A DNA stretch of 64,000 bases from Bugula neritina (Eukaryota; Animalia; Bryozoa), in NCBI GenBank assembly GCA_964035545.1, contig OZ037766.1, positions 33,098,773-33,162,772 of the forward strand, read 5' to 3'. Shown here piece after piece: positions 26,252 to 38,238 of this stretch (positions are counted from its first letter, which is position 1; each line of letters begins with the position of its first letter). The position numbers and the translations under genes were made by a program. The notes below the pieces were generated by a model. The model did no database searches. It saw only the letters and a program-made list of their open reading frames with translations, and was not told the DNA's origin.

Positions 26252-29200
26252 AGACCATGTAAAACTCAGCCAATCAGCGAAGTGTACCAGGTCAATGTCT
26301 TACCATTGTAACTGATATAAAATTCTGCAAGTTCAATTGCAAAATGCATGCTTCTAAAAGCTAGTTGTGCAACTTTTTTTTCATGCATTATTTAATTTCA
26401 TATCTTAAATTGATGACTCTTGAAATGATTTTTCAAAATGTCTAAATTAAGTGTTTATAAAACTCAATTAAAAATTGCATGTCTAGAAAAATGACCTGGT
26501 ACACTTTTGCAACTTAAGGCCAATTATTACATAACTGCCAGCTTAGTAGTTATTTGTTGTTGCAGCTTGAATGGGTTATTGTTTAGCATTGGAAGCTTGC
26601 AGTAAACATCTGTGAATTTGGTACATGACTTCGATTGGCTGGTTTTTGAATGGCCCTTTAGTATATGCATCTGGATGGCTGGGTAGTGTAAACTCCGCCT
26701 ACATCTAGCTAATGTACAGTAGCCAATCCACAGTAGTATTACAAAATTTCTGTTTAAGAAATAAAATATTCTGGTCATTTGTTTTGTACTTTACAATAGT
26801 AAATATTCTATTCAACTAGAATTTTATTGTTTGTAAGCCATGGGAACTACTAAGAGGTTAAATCAACCACCTATGCTGGTAATATTGTTGCTCGCAGTAA
26901 TAGCAAGTCCACACCGTATAAATATACACATAAGCTATTATGTGCAGCTTATGAATGCTGAAATGACCCCATTTCTTACTTTCAATTTGAAAAAAATTGT
27001 ATTACATATTCTGCCACTTCTGCATCAAGAATTTGTTTTCCTTTTAAATTTTGAAAATAGTAGTCAGTTTCTGCAGCAGTCAACTGCATTCACAATAAAC
27101 AACGTAAGCCTTCAAATAAACTATAAATATATGAAATATTAGTGTGGAAACAATGTAATTTAGTTCTTGCTATGATGAAAAATTACAAGAATATTATATA
27201 AAAGCTAGATATAGATTTCTATATAATGGCACAGGTAAAAATAACACATTTTTACTTCAAATTCTAAATTTCATCAGTCACCAATGGTGGCTGTAGATTA
27301 CAGAGAGCACAGCAGACTATCATAATCATAAGGATGGTCAGTCCACTGAGCAAAATCCAACTCCAACCTTTCATTTGGGTTACCAACGCACTAAAGCATA
27401 TAATGTAAGACGCACAAAAAACAGTGGTTTTAATGAAACATGTGAAGGAAGCAAACAGAAAACGTTATCAACAGAGTCAGCTGATATAGAGCAACAGAAC
27501 TCATCTGACAGCCATCCTCATAGTCAGGCTTCATCAGAAGTAACTGAGTTACCAGAATCATCAACTACTTAGAAAAAATGATCTGCACATTCTATTGATA
27601 GACGAAAATCAAAAGTTGGAAGAAAAGGCTTAAAAAGTTCCACGTTTAAACAAAAAGCAACTATTGAAAAAGTAAAAGTTTTTAAAACTTTCACCACTAC
27701 AGATGAGCAAACTAAATTCTATACTGGAATACCTACACGTTTTCTATACTATTTTTTAGCAAGGTGAAAATTATAATTTTCTTATTGCAAAGATAGACTA
27801 TGGTTTATTACAAATAAACAATGCAAGTCTCACTATGCTAAAATTTCTACATTGATTAAATTTGATGTGTAGTAAAACTGTCATTTTAATTAAATTTGTT
27901 GCAGTGTGAGTACATCATTCATACATTTTTTATTAAAGATGTTGTTTTATGTAAGATATTCATAAATACCGCAGTGGTCATCTGTATGCTTTGACTTATT
28001 TAGTTTAGGGTTTTATTTAAACAAGCAGCAGTCTTTTATTTGTGGCAAATTGACTCACTTTCTCCAGGAAAAGTAAATTGTTTTGACTTAAATTTTCCTT
28101 GGTTTATTTTAAAGCTTATCAAAAGTGGCCTCCTAATCTAATTTTTAGCTGAAACTAACTCAGTGTTCAAAACTAAAATGGCATACACTTGTTACTAGTT
28201 TCACTTATTCACAAACATTATTAAATGCTATTCTAGAAATAATATGGATTTGAATTAGTTATAGTATAATTATAAAATGAAGTAATAAGTGTTTGTCAAC
28301 ACTATTTGTTTAAACTCATAACTTCATTCAAAGCATGTATTCATACAACTAGCTTACCATGTACTGTTACAATATTATGTAACACATGTTGACACACATT
28401 ACATTCTGTTTGGATGGTGATATATTGGGTCAAGCCTTCAGCTAGCAGTTATTGAACTTCATAGTTGTTGCAAAATATAACTGAAGCTACTTACCAGAGG
28501 GTAAAAACTGCTGAATGAATACAAACTAAGCCCAAAATTTATTTAGCACATACATTATAATTTGAATCATAATTTAATTTTCATTCTTTATTTTCTATAT
28601 TTAGATTTATATGTCCGGAGATAAAAGTTCTCACTCTCAGAAAAAAGTTAACAAGACAAGATAAACTTTTATTGGCTTTGATGAAGCTGCGTCAAGGTTT
28701 ACAGTTTCAAATACTTGCTGACCTTTTTTATATCTCTAGATTGCTAGCAAGCAAAACTTTCAAAAACACATGAGATATTTTAGCAAGAGAACTGAACAAT
28801 CTAATAGTTTTTCCAACAAGAGAGAAGCTGAACATCCCTCTGAGTTTTCAAAGCCAATATGCTACCATATATTTATAGTTAATTTGAAAGCTTACGTTGT
28901 GGATGTTGACTGCTGCAGAAACTGAATACTATTTTCAAAATTTAAAAGGAAAACAAATTCTTGATGCAGAAGTGGCAGAATATGTAATACAATTTTTTTC
29001 AAATTGAAAGTAAGAAATGGGGTCATTTCAGCATTCATAAGCTGCACATAATAGCTTATGTGTATATTTATACGGTGTGGACTTGCTATTACTGCGAGCA
29101 ACAATATTACCAGCATGGGTGGTTGATTTAACCTCTTAGTAGTTCCCATGGCTTACATACAATAAAATTCTAGTTTAATAGAATATTTACTATTGTAAAG

Positions 29201-29737
29201 TACAAAACAAATGACCAGAATATTTCATTTGTTAAACAGAAATTTTGTAATACTACTGTGGATTGGCTACTGTACATTAGCTAGATGTAGGCGGAGTTTA
29301 CACTACCCAGCCATCCAGATGCATATACTAAAGGGCCATTCAAAAACCAGCCAATCGAAGTCATGTACCAAATTCACAGATGTTTACTGCAAGCTTCCAA
29401 TGCTAAACAATAACCCATTCAAGCTGCAACAACAAATAACTACTAAGCTGGCAGTTATGTAATAATTGGCCTTAAGTTGCAAAAGTGTACCAGGTCATTT
29501 TTCTAGACATGCAATTTTTAATTGAGTTTTATGAACACTTAATTTAGACATTTTGAAAAATTATTTCAAGAGTCATCAATTTAAGATATGAAATTAAATA
29601 ATGCATGAAAAAAAAGTTGCACAACTAGCTTTTAGAAGCATGCATTTTGCAATTGAACTTGCAGAATTTTATATCAGTTACAATGGTAAGACATTGACCT
29701 GGTACACTTCGCTGATTGGCTGAGTTTTACATGGTCT
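26252..29737 (+). mobile_element. Nested ISL2EU-like (PIF/Harbinger group) element with ~880-bp inverted arms and a decayed THAP/HTH transposase
   Basis: Termini AGACC..GGTCT with an AT TSD in a caATtg target. Arms 26252-27132 and 28866-29737 are near-identical inverted copies. Remnants include THAP-like LCAAYEC..; HKDGQSTEQNPTPTFHLGY (about 27326-27385); FYTGIP; and HTH-like DKLLLALMKLRQGLQFQILADLFYIS..LIVFPTRE (about 28660-28825), with stops. Confidence 0.8.
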
Positions 29738-31519
29738 ATTGAAATGACCCAAATGTAGGGTTCAACTTCATCCTAGCTTCCTATAAAGGTTTGTGATCAT
29801 CATTAGTGCGCATGTGAACGAATAATGTTGTTAGGTGAACAACTGCCAATTGTTCCATAATTCTTATGTAAATAAAATTTTGCTTGAACATATGTAGTTG
29901 CAGCATTGATCTCACTTTCTGCTCCTATCAACTACTGTTTAGCTTCATTCAGACCTAGGGATGATGATTACGTAATACTTGTGAAAAGTAGCTTTGACTT
30001 AACAACTAAGTGGTTTCAGAGCTACTACAAAATATTTTTCAGCTTACACTAATCAGATTAATTTTCAATTTCATTAAAATAAGTGCAGGTCTAACAACTA
30101 TTAGAGGTGTGGTGCAGGCTATACCGACAATAAAAGGCTCTTTGAACAACTTTAGTGCAAGCGCTGCACTAATATTTCTCTCTGTGTACAATATGTTATT
30201 CAATGTTCTTTAGCTATTAGTTCCTATATATATAAGTCACTTATGTATACAAGATGGCTATGTGTATATTATATGATGTAATGTATACAACATGGTTGTG
30301 TGTGTATACAATATGATGTAATGTATACAAGATGGCTGTGTATATATTATATGATGTAATGTAATTTGATATGAGAATAAAGTTTCTGATAGATCAAATG
30401 ATAGGATAAATATCTGCATTAAACCAGTTTAAACAGGATTCATGTCATGTGACAGACAGAGCCTGTGTTCTATCATCTTATTAAAGACAGGCATAGCCTG
30501 TGTTCTATTATCTTATTAAAGAAAAATACAATAGCAGCTGTAGGCATCATTTCTATGTCATTAGAACACAGTTTATATCTGTGACTCCCAAATGTTTATA
30601 GTTCAATGTTTTATGTATAAACTTTAATACTGTTTGTTTATTTTATTGAAACCTCAAATTTCAACTCTTAAATATTTAACAGAAAGATGTCATGCCAGAT
30701 GTTTCCCTGTTTACTGCAGTGTTGATTTGACACAGTTTGCTTTCCAGCTCCCTTTACCATTCCAAAGTATATCAATATTATGTAACTCTACTATCTGTCA
30801 TTGCCTGTGATTGTAGTATATTTAATTCAGTTTTAGTTTGTTATAGAAAGTGATACTTTGCTAAACCAATCAGATGTTGATATTTAACTTGTTAGTATTA
30901 TTAAGATATAAACTGACACAAAGAAGTAATTCAACAAGAAACTAGTGGAGTATTTTTATCAATGACATTCAGCAAAGATAAGTTAACCACATGGCAGTAT
31001 CATAAACACAAACCAAAGTTACTTTTTGACTCTTTATTGATTCTCATATCAAAAACAAGTTCTGTGAAAAGATACCAGTATTATATACTAAGTCATAATA
31101 TTCTACATATATAGTAAACAATACAATATTTTTACAATAGTATAATTTGTTGTTAAAGCTAATTAAGTATAAAAACAAGCCTTCAATTTGAGTTATTCAC
31201 ATCGTCTATTTTTTTCACATGCAGAGTAACTCACTTTAAATATTTACCAAGAATTGCAAAAAAAGAGAAATAAGGTGGGTTTGATGTAGTTAAGGTATGC
31301 ATTGTACTTTTGTTAGTATACATGCAGCTGCTAAAATAAACTCATATAATAGTAAAACATTTGGCAGAAAGCTTAGAGCTATTTATTAAATGATTTAGTT
31401 TGTTTTTCATTTTAATTTTTTGCTGCGTATGTCAGCCATGTTAAACTGATGTCTCAGTGAAAGTTAGTGACAAAAGTCATTGACAGAGTTGTAGACAGAG
31501 GTCATTGGCAGAGTTGTAT

Positions 31520-34500
31520 CTAGCTACAGAGGTCATTGGCAGAGTTGTATCTCAGTGTTTTATCAGCACATGTAGAGAACAGTAGAAAGTGTATTCTCTC
31601 TCCTCTCGCATTTGGTCTAGCTTTAACAGTCCTGGAAAATGTACACAGTAAATGCTATAGCAAGCTGTACTATATATAGAAACAGTGACAACTGAAATCT
31701 AATATTTACATTCTTGCAGCATTTTATTACCTTATTTTATAACTTAATTGTGTATTTTACTATGAAATTATTAGCTGTTCGACCAAACTATAGAGAAAAA
31801 CATTACCTGTGTAACTTCATAAAAGGACACTTTAGGAAACAGGCAACTCACCTATTTCTGGGTGCCTGAAACTTAACTTTTGAGTATTCTGTCTCGTGAC
31901 CAACCAGTCTCTCTCTCAGTTCATCTCTTAGTTCATCAGGAACTTCCTTAGTGACTACGGAGAAGGTCTTGTCAGTTGGCCAATAGACTGTCAGCTTATT
32001 ATTCTTACACCTATACCAAGTTTCTATCTCAGAAGACATGTTGCAGTCTAAACAAAATACAAAAATATTCTATTGTAAATAGCGATGACATTATTTTTGT
32101 TTATTTACAAACAATAATACAACAACAATAAAGTTACCGTGAGCACAGATTGTTTGAAGGTGTCTCTTTTGCTGAGATATGGAAGGTATCAGGGACTCTC
32201 TGTTGTATGCATTCTTTACAAGCTGACAAGAAACATCATATCTACTCACAAACATCAGTCTCCTTACTATCGGTGATTCTGTATGTAAATATAAATAAAG
32301 CATGAGATATAATATAATCTTCGTTTATATCATAAATAGCAAGCAGCTTTTACTAAATGGTGATTGACCTACCATACATGGCAGAATACAAACCCCAAGT
32401 ATATAACAGCCCGAACTTATATAATTGAAACTTATAATATGCTAATAAATATATTAACTTATATCACATGATTACTCAATTCTTCATCTTAGCAAAAGCT
32501 CTATAATTTTGACTTATTTTATTTGGCTTCTCCTCAGATATGTTTGTTGAATTGATCAAATAGTTAAAAACAATTCAGCTATGAAATTGAGAAAAATACA
32601 TTTTCATTTAAGTTTATTAAAATCATGACGTACTCAAAACATTGATGTCGTAGACAGAACACTGTATAAAGAACTTGTAACTTCCTTCAGAAAGATATGC
32701 TGTGGAGGAACATCCTGGTAAGATGTATGTAGTTGTACTCTGTCCTGGATCCAAGTATACAGTCACATTATGTGGCTGGCAGATACCCAAACCTGTATGT
32801 TGAAAAGAATTTCCTGACTATAATAAACTTACTTAGAAGTTGACATAGATAAATACTCATATATTGGTCTTTGGATAAACTTAATTAGTGGATACAGTGT
32901 GTTCTCGTGCAAATATTTACAATACAGTAGCTAAGTTCTAATGTGACATAATTTACAAAAATTTAGATGTAGCTTTGATTGATTTTGAAATGATTTAGTA
33001 TGTATTCTATGTATATTTAGTCTATGTATATGTTTTCTATGTACTCACCACTCAACTTGTAGATACTTCTCCCCATACCAACATACACATCCTCTCTTAC
33101 TTTCAGTATAGACCATGGTACATTTGGTAATTGAGAGCTGATTGTACAGGAAGTCTCTCCATCAAAACACACAGGACCTACTTGTTTACTATTTAAATCT
33201 AATAGTCTAAGCATTCTATTTTTATGATCAGCAACAAGATACATGTTGTACCCAACTCTTGTTATTCCCTTAGGCCATGAAAACCTGGATGTAATAAAAC
33301 TTCCATCAACATAACCAGGAGATACTGAACCTGCTAATTTAATGTTTGTAACAGATCCATCGTCACCCCAACTGACCTGAGATATGTAAAGGTTATTACT
33401 CACTAGTAACTTATTGTCAGCCCAAACTATATTCCTAGGGTCTCTGAAACCTGAGTTAATAACAGTACTCAGTTCTCCTGTGTGAAGGTCTACAGATCTC
33501 AATGCATGATTAATCTGATCAGTAACTAACAACCTGCCTGGGTTTTTAACATCTATCTCAATACCATAAGGCAAATCTAGTCTACCAGTACCTACTCCAC
33601 CCTCAACATACCCTGGTATACCACATGTCCCTGCTAAGGTACGTAAGCTGTTATCTACTCTGTTTAACATCTTAATACAATACTGGTTAGTAGCTACTAC
33701 AGCTACATGAGTTTTGTCCACTTGTTTGAACCCTGTAAAAGAACTTGTCTGAATAGTTGCTAGAGTTGTAGGAGTTGTCCCATCTGTAGTTTTAAGGTAT
33801 TTCCAGGAACTAAACATAATACTACCATCCTCTCTGTACAGGTCCAGCTCCATGTGGTAAATGGTCTTATCTGTGTTAAGGAATAGTTCTGGTTTGTTGA
33901 ATGAAACACTAAAAGTAATTTAAACTGGTTCAACCATTACGGAGTATAGGAATGTTTCATTTTTGACTAAAATTCATTTAAACAAAATGTAATATAATGT
34001 GTTTTTATTCAACATCACTCAATACCTCAAGTTGCAATAAATGTATTTTCTGCAATATATTCGACTCATTACGTTATAGAGTGTTTTATAAAAGAATTAC
34101 GGCCTTCTTCATCTAATTATGTTTTATGCTTTGCTTCATCTTCAGCCAAAAATGTTTTAACATCCAAATTGGCAAAAATATATATAATTTTGCTTTTATT
34201 GAAATTTGTATGCTACTGTCTAAATTGCTTTGCTTAGCGCATGTTTATATATTCAAGTGTTTAAAAATGTGTTACATTAAAACTGTAATTATATAGTAAA
34301 TTTAAGTCAATAAACTTGGGCTCAGGGAATGGGCTGTAGAAGAAACAGGGATGGAGGGAGGAGATGGGGAGAGAGAGAAAGTTGAATAATCACAGAGCAA
34401 ACAAAAAGTGACTCTACCTTGAGGTGTGACAATCCATCAGTTCAAAGAGTGCTACTAGAATCTACAATATAAAGTGATGTCATCTGATCACAAATAAATG

Positions 34501-34804
34501 TCTACTTCACTTTTGTACACAGCAAGATACTGCAGGAAGCAATTACTCCACTACTTTCTCAACAAAATATTTTATTATAATATTGTGTAACAATTATTTC
34601 TTCTAAATCTAATAACATACACTTAAAATAACCATAGCAGGTGTTTAATTATGTGATGTAATAATTAATTATAATAATCAGTTATAATAATTAGTTATAT
34701 ATACTATAAATAAATACTTACAATCAATCTAACGCTCTTTTGTAATAATATAGACACCATAAATAAATACTTACAACCAATCCAGAGTAAGATGCCATTC
34801 TCAT
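31520..34804 (-). CDS. Secreted NHL-repeat beta-propeller protein, copy D (intact, divergent exon 1)
   Basis: Exons 34804-34775 (MRMASYSGLV), 34461-34418, 33908-33049, 32792-32634, 32278-32138, 32047-31852, 31631-31520. Confidence 0.82.
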
Positions 34805-35394
34805 CTTCTGTTACTCTGTAGTCAACAAATATAAGAACTGTTTTACTTACTTCTGTGTGAAGCAGTTGAAGTTATATAAATCAGTATAGAATCTCACTGA
34901 CCCTTAGGGGAAAGGCAAGCTACTAGTACAACGTGTGAGTACTAAGTTTAACTGTCACTTCTTATATATGAGATCCAAATCAGAACCACATGCAATAGTA
35001 TTTACTATAGCTAGCCAAGTATATCTGTTTTCCTGTGCATTTACAAATACTTATATTTAATATTCAACAGGAATTGCCCTGCCAAATTCTTCAATAGCTT
35101 TTCAAATTAGAAAGAAATGTTACTAATACACAAAACTTCCATCTTTACTAATCTCATCACACAATGGCTATCCAACTCACAAGATATGTGGGGTAAACAA
35201 GGCACATGCAAGTATGTCTTTTAGCAGCTTCTGTTATTGTATGTGAGAAGTTTGTTGAGCTGTGAGGGGCAGACAACTTTAAATTAGAAATCTCACTTTA
35301 GAAATAATGTGTTTATTACAGGATTATATTATTTGTGTGTTGAACAACTGCAACAGAAGTACCAAAAGTAACAATATTTCTGTATCATTTATTA

Positions 35395-35602
35395 TGAAAC
35401 TACATAATACAATGTAAACTACACAGTATATTGTATAGTGTGTATACATATTATTATATAACGTAGTGTAAACTACACATTATATTGTATAGTGTGTATA
35501 CATATTATTATATAACACAATGTAAACTACATAGTATATTGTATAGTGTGTATACATATTATTATATAACACAATGTAAACTACACAGTATATTGTATAG
35601 TG
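35395..35602. repeat. 54-bp minisatellite (about 4 units) directly after the PLA2 stop codon
   Basis: Same unit as the NHL intron 1 minisatellite. Confidence 0.9.
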
Positions 35603-35605
35603 TCA

Positions 35606-37615
35606 TCATAGTTCTTCCTTTAACTCCTCTGTCTGTCTCTCTACACACTCACAAGCCTTAGACTGAGCTTTTCTAAACTTCTGACAGCCCAACAGGGTGG
35701 TTGTGTGATACAGCATGTCTGCTATTGTCTCACAGGCTATAAATAATAACATAACATAATATCATTATTATAACAAACATTATCATAAAAAAATGATAAT
35801 ATTATTACAATAAAATAATAATGTAGGAATAAAGCCAAAATGATTAACATAATATATAGATAGCATTGTTTGTATGTATTATATACTACAATAGATGAGA
35901 TACTAAACAGTTCAATACACTGTACCATAATACACTATATTACACTGTATTATAGTACTACAATACAGTACACCACACACTACTGTACTACCACAACACA
36001 CTATACACTATTTTAATAACACACCAAATATTTAAAAATAAACTTTTTAAAATATTCAAAATTGAATTATTTTGCTTAAGACTTCAAATATACCAGAAAA
36101 TATTTGTGCCAGGCACAAAAGATAGCAAATATTATATGAACCATTTGTCAATATTGTGTTAGGGAAGAAACAGTTTTATTATGAATAATATTTCTGTAGT
36201 TTTTAAGAGAATAAATATTTGGACAGCTATTAACGCTTGATTACATAACTACTACTGCTTTCCTGTTGCTAAAAAAAGTCAACTTATCTGATGAAAAAGT
36301 GTTGAATGTATAAGCAAGGTTAGTTAGTTTAGCTGTGTTTATATCCATGATATATATGAGAGTTGAGGCCGCACCTTCGAGTGACTCGTCTTGAAGAGGA
36401 GCCTCGTCCGAGTTGGCTGCATCAATACACGTGTTATGAGCACATTCCCGGACCTCCATGTCACACTCACTCTTGTTCTGTCTGCACTGTTCGTAGCAGT
36501 AGCCGTGCTGGTCACAACACTCTTTCATCAGAGGAATGTTCTCCAACTCTACCTGTGTGCATTCAACCATATCCAAACATATTCCACTGTTCATGAACAG
36601 TAGTCTAGCTGCTGCCCTAACATTATCTTTGTATATTCTATGCTTACTGACAAAATCTTAATTGAATATAGCTAACCATAGATGCTGTAACTCCATTTCT
36701 AAAAGAAACAATACCTAGATTTGCAAAAATGGATGTTGAAATAGTATGTGCATTACCTCAGCACCAAAGGTTCCACACCCAGAAGGTCTGTACTGGTAAC
36801 TAGACCTGTGAATCAGCTGCTCTCCTGGAAATATATTATGCTATGTATGCTATGTTATGTAACGTATTCTAAATTAAGGTAAGTATAATAGTAATTTTAT
36901 AATCTAAGGAAACCCATGCGTCTTGTCTTTTTCTCAAAACCAATTAAAGCTTATGCTAAATACTTTGCTAAGAAAATGATTTGTTAAAAACATATTAGCA
37001 ACAGAAATCAAGTAACTTATATGAACAAACAATTAATAATTGACAGCTTTTACCGGAGCTGATGGCACACATTGAGACAAACACGCCTCCTCCCTCTCCC
37101 TCCCCCTCCTCCCCTCCCCCTGCCTTTCCCATATGATAACTACAAGCTCGAGCAGACAACTCTCAAAATGAGTGAGAAAAAAATGATTAGCGACTTTTCA
37201 CTTCCTTGGTTTCTTATTCAGCACGCTTAGCAAGTTAGGTTAGTATATATTTATAAATTAGTAAACACTGTATATAGCTGCAAATAAATAGGACCCCCAG
37301 ATGATGCATAAATCAAATTGGAAAAATATTACAGCTAATTTATTCTACTGAAAGAGCTTATCAAACGAGACAAGGGCAAAATCTGATGTTTTCTGACTTG
37401 AGATATTAAAGTTTACCTTCTTTGCAGCTCAATGAACAGCCGTTCTCTCCTATTCCAAACATGTCTATCAGAGATTCTAAATTCTTAAACATTTCACCAA
37501 AATCTAGAGTGCTGAACTCCAGGGACGACTCAGCAACGCCCCAGCCACACTTCAGCAACACAATCAATGTTCCAGAAAAATAAAATAATTTTAAAAAATA
37601 AGCCACAAGCTTCAT
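35606..37615 (-). CDS. PLA2G12: Group XII secretory phospholipase A2-like protein (191 aa; Asp49->Gly; C-terminal KEEL)
   Basis: Exons 37615-37417, 36824-36757, 36552-36375, 35736-35606 (576 nt). Signal peptide, then CSLSCKEG..PSGCGTFG..IPLMKECCDQHGYCYEQC..KSECD..C..C and ACETIADMLY..LGCQKFRKAQSKACEC..KEEL, which follows the group XII sPLA2 cysteine pattern. Confidence 0.9.
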
Positions 37616-37907
37616 GATGTTGAATGGAGAAGAGTCTATTTAGTGGTGCAAACCCTGACACTTTAGGCAACTTGCGCGTGGCTGAGGGATAATAATTATG
37701 GACATTCCTCACATCTCCACAGCACAAGTAGTTATAGAATGTCGTGTCAGCCACCATAATTTAACTCATGACATTTCTATTTAAATTCTGAAATTTCTAT
37801 CTTTTTCATGACGTGGCTATTTTCATACTCTACCAGCATTTGTGTAATTCACAGTAATTTATATTATTATTAATACACAGAGGTTTTTGGCTACTTCCTT
37901 GCTATAA

Positions 37908-38238
37908 TTGGTGTAGTTGCCCCCTTTAGTATAAGTGGTGTAGCTAACCCCTATAGTATAAGTGGTGTAGCTAACCCCTATAGTATAAGTGGTGTAGCTG
38001 CCCCCTATATAGTATAAGTGGTGTAGCTAACCCCCTATAGTATAAGTGGTGTATAGCTGCCCCCTATATAGTATAAGTGGTGTAGCTAACCCCCTATAGT
38101 ATAAGTGGTGTAGCTAAACCCCTTTAGTATAAATGGTGTAGCTAACCCCTATAGTATAAGTGGTGTAGCTAACCCCCTTAAGCTATAAGTAGTGTAGCTA
38201 ACCCCTTTTAATATAAGTAGTGTAATAGCTAACCCCCT
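37908..38238. repeat. ~27-29-bp minisatellite upstream of the PLA2 gene
   Basis: Unit tagtataagtggtgtagctaaccccta, about 12 copies. Confidence 0.9.

Larger units (their letters stand above)
22966..30186. mobile_element. 7.2-kb non-autonomous DNA transposon, CACTA/EnSpm (CMC)-like
   Basis: Perfect 20-bp TIRs CACAGAGAGAAATATTAGTG / CACTAATATTTCTCTCTGTG and a TA TSD (22964-65, 30187-88). The empty site agcTAcaat is visible in the other three units. Subterminal ~22-bp repeats lie at 23150-23390. The superfamily is inferred from the CAC..GTG termini and 2-bp TSD. Confidence 0.85.
1..34752. repeat. Tandem segmental array, units about 1-6003, 6004-14325, 14326-20772 and 20773-34332, plus a partial unit to about 34752
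   Basis: The same spacer, intron and exon sequences recur collinearly in each unit, for example cagagcaaacaaaa.gtgact.taccttgagg near 75, 6081, 14388, 20832 and 34393. Confidence 0.95.

Noticed and set aside
26527-29462. Duplicated ORF pairs MTRIF.. and MGTTKRLN..
   Set aside because: They come from the inverted arms of the nested transposon and are not in the transposase-like frame.
36241-36594. 117-aa ORF as a stand-alone gene
   Set aside because: It contains PLA2 exon 3 (36552-36375) plus intron read-through.
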